Origin: Mobula hypostoma
Lineage: Eukaryota
Length of the DNA stretch: 64,000 nucleotides
Reading direction: 5' to 3'
NCBI RefSeq assembly: GCF_963921235.1
Contig: NC_086123.1
Location: 13,950,001 to 14,014,000 of the forward strand
Shown here piece after piece: positions 24,909 through 36,859 of the stretch. A program made the translations under genes and the position numbers. The notes under the pieces were generated by a model that was given only the letters and a program-made list of their open reading frames with translations, was not told the DNA's origin and did no database searches. Each line of letters starts with the position of its first letter. Position 1 is the stretch's first letter.

Positions 24909-27302
24909 ATGTTTTCTTAGACAGTCATCACAGGTTTTTAATAGCTACATTATTTTAATTTGGCAAATACTTACATTGAAAAATCAACATAAGTTCTGAG
25001 AAATGAAGCAGGGAAATAAACCATTTAAAATTATAAATTATATGCCAGTCGTGTACAAGAGCTGGGCCTATGCAAAGCTTCAGCAAGAAATCCAAGTTCC
25101 CAGACTTAATTTTTTTTTTTTTGTAAATGAGCCCACCACCAATCTATTGGGCAGTGAACCCCATGTCAGTGAGGTACCCGTCTTCGTACCAAGCCATGAT
25201 CTGGTTTCTACAACAGTCCATGGGCACACCTAGATTTCTCAGCCAGAAAATCATTCTGTAAATATAGATGGATTAAAGGGAAACAGAATGCAAGTCGGGT
25301 GATTTGCTGTCATTTTTTTAAATGACGACTGGTTTAAGGGGTTAAAGGGCTTCTATTTTTTCCATGTTCTTAAAGAGTTAACAAAATGAATTCAGTATAT
25401 GCACAGATTTTTTGGTTTGTAAACACAAGATGATAATGAATATAATACACCAAACAAAAAATGATTTAAAAAGTGTCTCAGTTTATTGTGTTAATATGTT
25501 AGATTACTTCTGTCACTAGCTCATGATGAGAAATTTAATTCTTAATCATATATATGACATTGAGCACAAGTATGAATTCCATTTGATTAAAATAGGCAAA
25601 TAGCAAAAAATTAATAATTACAAATACTTGAATAGTAGTAAAAGGTAACATTATATTGTAGCTCCATTATAAAAAGTACAGGTAGGCTACAAACATTGAA
25701 TATGATTTAAAAGAATAAAGTTACAATTTAACTTTGAACTTTAACTTTTTCCTTGTGTCAATCTTCCAAAATGTGTAATTAATGAACCAAGAAAACTTAG
25801 CAAATATATGCAATAAGGCCCTTCAACAGTACTCTGATAAATATCAACCACAAGAATTACACACCATTCTTATTTGCACAAGACCTTGGCTTTAATGTCT
25901 TTTTTAAAGTAATTCATCACTGAAAATGCAGTTTTTCCTTCAGAACTGTGATGAAGTCTCAGCTTTAATTATAAGCTCTGTTCTGCACCAGAGACTAATA
26001 CTTTTCTCATAGGCAGAAGAACCTTTGAAAAAACATAACTATAAATTGATATGCTAAGAAAATTAAGCAAGGGCTTGTCTCTTTATTTAGGACAATCCCA
26101 ACCAGTCTTAGTTCCCCACGGTATGACTGCTGGACAGCACTTACCCTACACTGCATTATGGTAAAATGTTAAGATTTAATTTGGCTTTGGAGTTTTTCCA
26201 TCCAGAACTTGCAGACTGGAATCTGCTCTAAGTGTACCAGTGCAACCTGGGATTTGACAGGACATTCCACAATGAAAATCCATCATATGGGCACAGTTGG
26301 TATGTTCTTCTAACATGTCTAGATTTTTTAACACAACTCTGGACGGGCTCAGGCAAAACTGTATCAGAATGATTATTTGATATCTTATTTAGATAGTGTA
26401 AACCTGATTTTAGACATCACAGCTAGAATAACCTCCACTCCACATCTGTCTTGTCAAACCTTTTTAAAAATGTTAACTTCATATCAAACATTAATAGGCT
26501 AACACTCCAGAAGATCCAAGCCCATTCCTACTCCTCTGCCCTTTCCCTATAATCCTTAATTCTCTTACTGATTACAAGTCTATCTCAGCTTTAAATATAC
26601 ACAAGAATTTAGCTTCAACAGCGTTCTAGGGCAGTACACACAGCTATCCTTATCAAAGTTTTAAATGGATGCTGTTTTATTCTGAGGGCGTGCCTTGTGG
26701 TTCTAGACTCCTGGTGAACCTCCTCATAACTGCCTTCAGTTCACAGTACTCTAGACATGAACCCACCACTGTCTTGTATGAATTTTCTACTTTTATATAG
26801 CAACCTCCTAAAAGAATTTATGCATTTTTAAAGCTTTATTATCACCCATACCTATATCATTAGCTTTACTTCGCAAATGCGAGATCCCTTTATGTTGCTC
26901 ACTTTTCCTTCCGAAGTAATCTTGCTCAATCAGACTCCACTTGGCATCTTTTTCCCTGTTTAAAGGGAAGGAATTTTTCTCCCAGAGGTTGGTTGGAAAT
27001 TAATTCATATATAGAATACTGTGAACTAGTCAGACTTCGACTTTCATATTTACGTGCACAAGAAAGCCGAAGCTGCTCTTAGTTATGAAGAGTAGTTTTG
27101 GTGAGCACCATCTGTTTAACTTACACACTAAGGCAACAACTCCTAGCTTTCCATTATTAAGAAATTTTTTGAATTTGTTTTGGTTTGGATTTAAGTCGAT
27201 ACTCGGTATTTTCTTGGATTTTAAGGATCTGAAAATATAGTTCCCTTCCAACTCCAAAGCAGCTTAAAAACATCTGCTCCAGCTTCCAAAAGCAAAACAG
27301 CC

Positions 27303-27870
27303 TTAGTATTTCCAGGGTGGGTTCAATTTGGCAGAACTTGGCTTGAGTCGATTGGCTGCAGCAGAATTTGACAAACTATCTGACCTTGGTCTAAGGCAAT
27401 GCCGTGAGCCCGTGAATCCAGCAGAAACTGAAATTGGTCTACCCTGCAACTGTTTTACAATCCTGGGACCATTCTGTATTGAATCTTCTTTCACAGTCTC
27501 TTTTATAGAACTGTGCACCTCAGTCAAAGACTGTGACCTTCTTCGAAATGGGGTTCCATTAGGGGAGGCATTATTACTATCTGGCCGCTTCCAGTAATCA
27601 GTTTTGCCTTTATATTCAGTAGTAAAGTCAGTAGAAGTTTCCTTAGTGGTTGGACAAAATGGTTTCATTGGATTTCTTTTGGCGGATGGTAATTGGTTGC
27701 TGCCGGAATGAAATACATTTGAACTAATTTTGTGCAGCGAAGGAGACCACAGAAGTGGACGGATCTTTATTTTGTCATCCTTTGCAGTCCATGGTGCCTC
27801 CCAGCTTGCAGCATTTTGCCTTGGGCCAAAAAGAGACTCATCGCAATAGCTGGGTTTACAGCACTTTAAC
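27303..27870 (-). CDS. RITA1: RITA1 (RBPJ-interacting and tubulin-associated protein 1) last coding exon
   Basis: Acceptor aacttag|G; (R)LKCCKPSYCDESLFGPRQ...PLLWSP...RRRSQSLT...LNPPWKY*; phase matches the preceding exon; total 288 aa. Confidence 0.95.
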
Positions 27871-29439
27871 CTAAGTTAAAGAAGGAAATGAAAAGAATGA
27901 CTATAATGCTAAATACAAAAGAAATCGATTACTTTAAAAAAAAATATACTCCACAATACTACTTATGCTTGGGTCATATTTAAATGGAATATATTATTGT
28001 ATCTTTACAAATTGCAATTAATCATGCAACACTGAACTAATTTCAAAGTCAGTATTTCTTCCTGTATTATGAAGCAAGTTCCACTCTTTCTAATTAAAGA
28101 GAATTCTCTACAAGATTATTGCTTCAGATCATCTAAAAGCTTGCCAGAACCATTAACAACACAAGGACTGTGTTAATGAACTGCATAATGTGGCAAGACT
28201 GCTCAGTGTGACTCCCCTCAGACATTATAATCTATTGCTACGATAAATTAAAGAACTCAGTATAAGTGGAGTTCATATGGTTAAATTAGCAGAATTCACT
28301 GCTGATACACACATGCAGCTATTCACTATGACAGGCACATCATATTACACATCATCCTTGGACAGGGTCCTTTTTTGGCAGGAGGCAGTGGGAAAGGGTA
28401 GGAGACTGGAAAAATCAATTAATGGAGTCATACTTGAATCACATGATGTACAAATCACCACAGCATGCAGTACGGCAAAACTACTAATTTGTTAATGTAA
28501 AGATTAAATTTTAATCCAAGAAGTAGGTAAAAATGTTATTCTATTTTCTCCACTGCTTATGCTTTTATAATTACAAAATGCATTGAGAGGACCTAAATGT
28601 GACCAGAAAATAAGTTATTCAATTAATCTATAGTTATCTCACCATCTCACAGTTAAGGTGCACACCCAAACTTACTGCTCACATACACTAGCCATGTTAC
28701 AACCATGACAGCCACATACATTGCATGACACTTATTGACTGAATTTATTTATTTGGAGAAGATGTGGATAACAGGAAGCCACAGTTAAAAACTAGGAAAA
28801 CAAGCCATTCTTAGAAGACTGTGGAGGCCACTAAAGAAAGGATAATCAATTTATTTTGCAAGCATTTCAGCATGCTTCAGTTTATAAATTTGAACTGTAA
28901 TTTGCATTTGCTGGTGACTTTTGAGTTTGTATTATTGCTCAGAGCACAGCGATGGTCAATGTGAAATGGTAAGGGATGTGAGACTTTTGATGAAAGGGGC
29001 ACAGTGGTTGATGTTCCTCGATTTGCCCACAGATAGTCACACAGAATCACAGAACTACAGACAGCAGTGTTGTTTTCTCTTCCTTTTACTCCAGTTCCTG
29101 TTCTATATGCTTCCTCTTGCTGAACTTCTCACCCATGGGTACCAGACAACGTACTGTTGCATGTTTTGAATCAGAACAAAATATTGGAAATACTGAGCAG
29201 ATCAGGCAGCATCCTTGGAGAGAAAAAGAGAGGATGTATGTGTAACATCTATCTGAAGCAATAACTGTATTATTTTAATTCAGATTTCCAGCATTTACAC
29301 CATTTTACTTCAGCTGAGTAGTGAGGACACCACCAATTAGCTAAAGCTTTGTTTTAAGAATGTTAACTGATATGTTCTAGATTGTTTCTCCTAGCAGCAT
29401 GGTTTTTATTGTACACCTACTGTATGTGTATACATGTGC

Positions 29440-30290
29440 ATGGATTATTGAATGGGGTCATATACCCTGTCCCAATATTGTGTGCATGTGCCAGTCGTGC
29501 ATGCAGCCTGGTACAGCCATTCCGATCTATTCTTACCTCCTTCTTCTTACTTTTTAATTTACATTATTCTTTGTATTTTTTTTCTCACGGTAACACGTCG
29601 AAGCTGCACCCTCTCTAACATGCCGGTAGAGAGAGTTTTATTTGGGTTTTTTTTAGCGCTGTAAATGGTTACATCCTGACACGCGGGACAGAAGCAAGGT
29701 CACATTGTGTATTCCAAGGACCAGCCAATGCCGGCCGGTTTAGCGGGCAGAGCGGCGGACACCCCTGCTGAAATTCTGAGGAAAACACACAGAGGATGCA
29801 GAGGGGGATCACAAAGTCGAGAAAAGAGGACCAGGTCAAGACAACAGAGACTTATGGAGAAGAGGAGTTCGGTGGGTAATACCGTTCCAGCTGACTGGAA
29901 GTGCAATGAGAGCGGTAAGCGTAAAGCAGTTGGGTGCTTACTGATCTGGTTAGCAACAGATGGTGCAATCCGGGGCATATTACGATGGAGGAACGTGTTT
30001 GCAGACTGGATATTGAACGTTTTACTGTTGGACTTTGGCCACATTCCACTGTGATACAATACTTGGCGGCACGGGAGGTCGTTCCTGCCTGTGGCCATCG
30101 AACGTGCAGCTCCTCCGTGGAGGGTCAGACACCCTGAGCCAATAGACTGGTCCTGAACTTATTTTCCATCTGGCATAGTTTGCATTTTGTCATTTGATTG
30201 TTGGTGGTTCTGTATTGCTATATTTACGCTCTATTCTTGGTTGGTGCAGCTGTAACAAAACCAAATTTCCCTCAGGATTAATCTATCTAA
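29440..30290 (+). mobile_element. Internally deleted L2/Rex-like element
   Basis: 5' basic peptide RGCRGGSQSREKRTRSRQQRLMEKR; 3' end aatttccctcaggattaatctatctaa. Confidence 0.5.
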
Positions 30291-30529
30291 AAGTGAATAA
30301 CCTTTGTAACAGTTGCCACATTTGACATGCCATTTTGTTTCAAAGAGACAGGCAACTACCATTGAATAAAGGAAGTGTGCTACCGTCAGAGTTACAGATG
30401 TTCACTTGCAATGATGCATTGTACATTGGCTAAACCATTGTCCAGTTGGTTTTAGTTCAGGAAAATGGCAGGTATCACTCAAGATGAACAAAAGGTATGA
30501 TTAACCCGAGGTTTATAGAACTCTGCATT

Positions 30530-30897
30530 TTTGGGGGGCAAGCTGGAGATACGTTTCTACCAAAGGAGGTGCAAGGCGCTCCTTCCCTCCACTAGCCTGC
30601 AGGTTACCTTTGGTCAAGGTGTAGCACCTGCTCAGCCCCCACGTTCAGGGTCACATAAAGCCATGGGAGTAGATGGTGGATGGCCGCATGAGCACCTGAT
30701 GCATATCTCAAGTCCTGGCTGAGACTGACACCAGGCAGACAATCTCTGAAGAGTATTGATAATGGCTAGGATCATGTAAAGACACTGCCCAGAAGAAGGG
30801 AAAGGCAAACCACTTAAGAAGAAAAGTTTTCCAGGAACAATCATGGTCAGGACTATGATCGTCCCAAGTCATATTACACGGCACAGAACGAATGAAT
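30530..30897 (+). mobile_element. SINE-like repeat with RTE-type 3' tail
   Basis: tgtaaagacactgcccagaagaagg..ggcaaaccac shared with the copy at 50215-50468. Confidence 0.6.
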
Positions 30898-31421
30898 TAA
30901 TTTTTTTATAACATCAGTCTACCAGCTCCAGAATCTATTGGCAATTGTTTGATGCTTATGCTTGAACTACTAAACAAGATAGTGCTGACCACTGTTTCTA
31001 TCTGGGAATTCTGGATCTTTTAGAGGCCAATTGCTATCTTAAACAAAATACATGGTATATCTGATCTTTCCTCCAACTGATCTCAAGAATAGAAACAGTC
31101 ATTCGGCAAGGAAATGGGATCCTCAACCTAATAAGTCTAAGCGAACCACCGAAGACACCTTTAAACCAATTTTTTTTTGTACTTCCTCCTTATTCCCATC
31201 CACTCACCTACACACAATTTGCAATTAGACTTTACTCAGTTCTACAGATCCATTTTGTGATCTGGAATAACCTCTGATTCACAAAGTATATTGGGTTACT
31301 GCATAAATAAGGATGTGCTTGCACTCTTTAAGTGAACTTATTTTTAAGTCATTCACTATCATAATCTATTATGCAACATCAAGTATAACACAAGAATTCA
31401 ATAATATTCGCCCAACATTAC

Positions 31422-31720
31422 CTATATTTGTTCTTTTTCATTGGTGAACCTCCAGACTTGAGGGGGACTGGAACCTGGCTGATATCTCCTTCTGCCCTTG
31501 TGCTTACACTTGGACTCCACAATAATGGTTGTTGAGAACCAGATCGGGACGTAGAAGCCCATGGTGGATCAAATTCATCCACTGAATTCTGAAGCTTGCT
31601 AGACTGACCAAATAATGTTTCATCCACATAAGAGGCCTTTGCTCCAACTCTGTATCGGCTGTGCCCCTTACGACCTGCACGACAGGGCTGAACAGCAGAA
31701 ATTGCTATACCAGCCGACAT
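31422..31720 (-). CDS. RITA1: RITA1 first coding exon
   Basis: YRVGAKASYVDETLFG, FDPPW, PMKKNKYR; acceptor gtctttag| at 31783, donor AG|gtaatg at 31421, phase 2. Confidence 0.95.
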
Positions 31721-32339
31721 GACAAGAGCTCAAGATAGATTGCTGAGTGGCGATTAGTCTTTGCCAGTCTGGCGAAGTCACTCTAAAGACAAAAATATAC
31801 AAGTTATTTTTCTTTTCAAAAGAAGCTGTCTAATCTTGAATTTCCTTGAATTTTTTATCTACTCTATATTCAGCACATGTAGAATCTATCATCCCTCAAG
31901 CTCACTGAACTCGCTCAACTGCCAACAATATGTTTATTCCTCCTATGCCCTACAAAACTCTAATAACACTTGTATTATACTGTTCCTTTTGGAGCAATAC
32001 TTATCCAAACTGACTTACACCGTAATAGGGAATTTCCTGTCGGCTAACTGACTTTTCCTTGTTCTCCTTGCGCCAGGCACAACGGTCTTCCTTGTGATAG
32101 TTGGTCTCCCCAGAATTCTTGCTTGTTAGTCTGATTCCTCCCTGTATCTCCGAAAACCTTCATTATTATACCTTTCATTTACCAGTTTTGCAATGTTCTC
32201 ATTTATTTTGATGGCTCTGATTTATTGGGACATCCTATGTCCATTTCATAAACCCTGGTCGAAGACTACAGTGGCACCCCTCGGCAATTATCTAATGTTA
32301 ATTCGTTATTTACTGCTGAATCAGGCCATTTCAAACTAT

Positions 32340-32561
32340 CAGTCCTGATGAAGGATCGCGGCTCGAAATGTTGACCATTTACTCTAGACTGACCAAATAA
32401 TGTTTCATCCACATAAGAGGCCTTTGCTCCTACTCTGTATCGGTTGCACCCCTTACGGCCCGCATGACAGGGCTGAGCAGCAGTAATTGCCTGGCAGAGT
32501 TCCTCCAGCATTTTTCGCGTGTTGCTTTTGATTTCCAGCATCTACAGATTTTCCCGTGTTT
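32340..32561 (+). mobile_element. Penelope-derived short repeat carrying a captured RITA1 exon fragment
   Basis: cagtcctgatgaagg...cgaaatgttgac on the left and gagttcctccagcatttt...ttccagcatctacagatttt on the right of the RITA1-like insert. Confidence 0.85.
32384..32490 (-). pseudogene. 107-bp duplicate of RITA1 exon sequence 31599-31705
   Basis: Ungapped alignment, 98/107 identical by manual count; encodes AITAAQPCHAGRKGCNRYRVGAKASYVDETLFGQS. Confidence 0.95.
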
Positions 32562-35308
32562 GCATTTCACACTAATTATAGCTAGTTCAAGTCAGACACT
32601 GGGGTCAGGCCACTCATGTTCACAGACACAGACAAAGACTACTCTTATAAGCCCATTTTCTTCTGCTTTATCAAAGAGCATCCCACAAATAACTCCTTGT
32701 TTGGAAATGATCTCTGATTAGCAGATAATTGATCAGCCTTCATTATGTCCATTTACAAGCACTTTAATCCATAAAGAGTTAATTGAAGAAATAACAAGAC
32801 TAAATGTCTTCCACCACCCAGCAAGAATTAAAGACATTTGTTTGGTCTACTCACTCACTGTTCTTGACTTGTTCCATATATCTGTTCCACAGATTTTTAA
32901 TTTCTTCAAGCCAACAAGATATGCCAGCCATGCCTAACTTAAAGCCAATGGATCAAATACTAAATGTTTCCACCTTAGCTCAGCATGACTATGTTTTATC
33001 CGGGCCTTCTTGCTTCAGTGGAGAGCCAGAGATAAGATGCACCAACTTCAGGCATCCCTTCTAGATATCCCTACTTGAACATCTGACTAAAGCAAAACAA
33101 GATCTGAGCCCTACACGCACTGAATGAATATCACATTTCAATAAACAGTAATTCAGAAACAAATTTATTGCTTAAAAATGAGTTGGCAAATAACATGATC
33201 TTTATTTCTCAAAGTTATTGGGTTAGTTGAACATGCACTCTATCTGGTGGTGATGTGTGTACCTGCAGGCATGACTCTGTGACAGGCAGTACTGCAGCAA
33301 GTCTCCATCAGTGGAGTGATAGTGCTATCCAAAGGATATACATGACAAATATACGATTCATGTGGATTAAAGTCGCAAGTCTGATAAGAACATATGTTTT
33401 CTTAAAAGCTAACTCTGAAATTTCCCTTTAGTTTTCTTCTTTTATTCAAAATAAAATTAATGGAGCATTTATTTCTGTAGCAAATAATGACAGATTGTTT
33501 CTCTAAAATGCTGTTCCAAATGGTTCATGATTTAGTATTACAAAATTTATATCTTTAAGATTTAATTTTCAGCAGGGTGTTTTTTTTTCTATTACAATGA
33601 TATTCAATTGCAGTAATTCTCTTAATTCACTCTATTTTCAACCTAACACAAACCTGAAACTGCTTGGCTTTCTTGAATACATATATAATAACCATGAAAA
33701 CAAGTATTTAATTAAGATGAAACTTCAGCATTGTATTTGTAATTCAAAAAAATACTTTTCCAAATCTTCACAAACGAAAACCATGTTAAACAGTATCTTA
33801 AGAAATATAGAAAGATAATTTTAAGGATTCTGCTATAGATTTTACATCAACAAATTAAAATTCCAATGAAGGTTTAATTTTTTTCCAAAACAGGTTTTCT
33901 ATTAAATCCGAATTAAGAATACATTAATATTACAAAATGTATAGTCTCCTCAGCCAGACAATAATTTGCAAACATCCAACACTTGGAACCGGGAAGAAAA
34001 TCAATTTTAAAGATTTTATTCTTTTGCCAAACTGTAATTCTGCTTCAGATATTATTGAACACCAGATATCAGACAAAATCTATCCTCCAAATATGTACAA
34101 TTGGCAACTACAATCAAAAATGAGTTAAGAAGCAAATACCACATATCAAGGTCAAAACCCAAGACTAATTTAAAATATTGCTATTTTAGTGGGGTGTTAG
34201 TTGAAGAATAAATCTTTTTTGTGAATCCCTGAAGATCGCAGATGGCTGGTTTTGCGATATTTGTGGTTAATGGGGCCATTCAGTGATACAGACTCTTAGA
34301 CAGATGGGGTAGGTGGATATAACAGTGTGTAGCTTGTGACACAAAGCTGCATGATCCTGATGTTGGATCTTGAGGTTCTTAATACTATCCTAAATGGTCC
34401 AGTTTAAGCGGTTGTGGGCCAGAGATTTCGAAATATCAGATGCTACAACTCAAGGAGGCTTAAAGTACATTGTTGTATCTTTTACTCTGTCTGATTGATA
34501 CTTTGTAACAGAGCTCAGAGAAGAATGTCCATTTTGGAGTCTGGTATCAGGCATATGAAGACAATGGCCTGTCTAGTTTAGCTGACTAATTCTAACTACG
34601 CTCTCAATAATGCAGATTTTGGCCTGGAAGAGGACCTCAATGTCGCATCACTTTCCATTTTACAGAAAGAGTGATGTTCATCCGCTTCAGAAGGATCTCA
34701 ACCAAAAATATTGATTGTTCATTTCTCTCCACAACGCTACCTGACTGCGAGTTCACCAGCAGCTGGATTTATTACATGGAAATTTTATATTCACTCATCA
34801 GTCAGAAGTAAGGTACATTCACCCTGCACGAATTTGTCAGTGTACATTCTGTGCTCCAGTTTAACCGGATCACAGATAACTCTAGGTTCAGTCTGTTGAA
34901 TTTCATCATATTCAAAAGCCTTAAGAATCGCCTATCTGAGAACATCAGTCCAAAGGTTACATGCAGAAATACAATGGTGTTAAAAGATTTAGTTTCCAAA
35001 CGATTTCAATGCCAGACTTGGGTTAATGAATAGCTCAAGGAATTAGTGAACGTTTCGAGTCAATAACCTCTCAAGAAAGATTGCTTTTCTCTCTCTCTCC
35101 CCCCCCCCCCACACACGGAGGCTGCCCGACCCGCTAAACATTTTCCAGCATCCAGCGCTCACAGAAAGCATCAGGAGTCAATGAGGAATGGGGGTCTCAC
35201 CCAAGCAAACACCAGCACGGCAGACTCTGCAGGACTGGGTGACCGGCCAGCGTCCAGCGAGACTGGTCATTGTCAAGACTAACACCCGGCCGCACCGCCG
35301 TCCGTCCT

Positions 35309-35708
35309 CGCTCCCAGCACCGTCAGCCCCCCGAGCGCGTCCCCGCTCCCAGCACCGTCAGCCCCCCGAGCGCGTCCCCGCTCCCAGCACCGTCAGCCCC
35401 CCGAGCGCGTCCCCGCTCCCAGCACCGTCAGCCCCCCGAGCGCGTCCCCGCTCCCAGCACCGTCAGCCCCCCCGAGCGCGTCCCCGCTCCCAGCCCCGTC
35501 AGCCCCCCGAGCGCGTCCCCGCTCCCAGCCCCCCGAGCGCGTCCCCGCTCCCAGCACCTCCCGCGCGCGCGTCCCCGCTCCCAGCACCGTCAGCCCCCCC
35601 GAGCGCGTACCCGCTCCCAGCACCGCCAGCCCCACCCCCGCGCGCGTCCTCGCTCCCAGAAATGTCACCACCCCCCCCCCCGCGCGTCCTCGCTCCCAGC
35701 ACCGTCAG
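35309..35708. repeat. GC-rich 35-bp minisatellite, about 11-12 units
   Basis: Unit cgctcccagcaccgtcagccccccgagcgcgtccc, degenerating rightwards. Confidence 0.95.
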
Positions 35709-36111
35709 ATTTCACCCCAAACCCGCGCGAGCGCCCCCGTCACTGCCCCGCCTACTGGCCGCCCCGTTGCGATGGCAGCCAAACACCAAAGAATCGCCCT
35801 TCAGCCAGGAAGAGGGGGAGCAGATGCTTATGTACATTACACAACAAGTTATGCAAATGTATATAAATATAAGAAATATGTTTAGATTCTACATAATTAT
35901 TTTGAGAGTATTTTAAGAACGTCCATCTTTACAAGAGCTGCTTGAATGCGGGTTGACAGCGTGGCTCCAGCTCCCCCCTCTTGTTCAACACGGGTTCTGT
36001 CGCCCAGTGACCTCTGACGTAGGCGCGGGTCGGGAACATGGCGGCGCCGAGGGGGACTTGCTGACGAACGCGTGTTTCCACCGCCGGTTGGGTTTGAATC
36101 TACGAGGGGCC

Positions 36112-36252
36112 ATGGCCCAGAAGAAGAAGCGACCAAACAAGCCCAGGAAGGCGCGCATCCGCTCTCATCGGTGGGACGTGGAGGTCGAGAGCGATGGCGG
36201 CGAGTTCGATTTGGTGCCTTCGATAGAGGAGGATGCGTCGGGTGTCGGCGAG
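36112..36252 (+). CDS. DDX54: DDX54 DEAD-box RNA helicase coding exon 1
   Basis: gccATGG Kozak; MAQKKKRPNK...ESDGGEFDL resembles the DDX54 N-terminus; donor GAG|gttggt, phase 0. Confidence 0.8.
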
Positions 36253-36859
36253 GTTGGTGCTCTGGTCTTACATATTCGGTTGGGAGAGGGGTGAAGAGTA
36301 AAGACAGAGGGCAGGATCGAGGAACATTGGGAAGTTGTGTTGATCGCGGGGTTTGGGGGTTATGAAAGGGGCAGGAATGGTCTCTGTTGAATGAGGTCTG
36401 AAAGCCTTAAAGATGTTACCGAGGATGTCAGGCCGTACAGCTTCACTTTATAAATGTCTGTTCACTGGGCAGTGAAGTGTTGAGGGGAGTAGTTTCACAG
36501 TTCGTTCACCGATTAGGAGAGAGGATGAAAGGGGACGTGAAAATGGTCTTTAAGTGTTTATTTGTCGGTTGCGAAGAATAGAGAATGCTGGAACGACACA
36601 GTAATCCAGTACATCAGTAGGAAGAGAAACCAAGTCGCTGTTTCAGGCAAGCACGTTTTCAGAACTGGAAATGTCAGCATATAAATATGCTAGTTCTAGA
36701 GAGAGGGAGGAGTGAAGAGAACAGATGACATATCTCTCAAAGGCTACAGATCAAAAGTTGTCAAAATTGAAGCTGAAGAAAAGCAAATTGAAATGAATCA
36801 TACTGTAATATTGTTTGGGGAAAGAAAACAAGTGGTTATTATTCCATGTTCTCATCATT

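Larger units (their letters stand above)
35110..36360. promoter_or_regulatory. CpG island; bidirectional RITA1/DDX54 promoter
   Basis: CpG-rich; contains DDX54 exon 1; the first RITA1 coding exon has an acceptor, so a non-coding RITA1 exon is expected here; YY1-like aacatggcgg at 36035-36044. Confidence 0.8.

Noticed and set aside
27328-27597. 89-aa + strand ORF
   Set aside because: Antisense shadow of the RITA1 coding exon
35309-35708. 35-bp repeats as a CRISPR array
   Set aside because: No unique spacers, no cas genes, eukaryotic context
35188-35916. Long Pro/Arg-rich ORFs (242 aa, 198 aa and antisense)
   Set aside because: Produced by the stop-free GC-rich 35-bp minisatellite; open in several frames, with no recognisable domain
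35953-36111. TTG-initiated in-frame extension of DDX54
   Set aside because: No DDX54 similarity upstream of MAQ; the ATG at 36112 has a strong Kozak context
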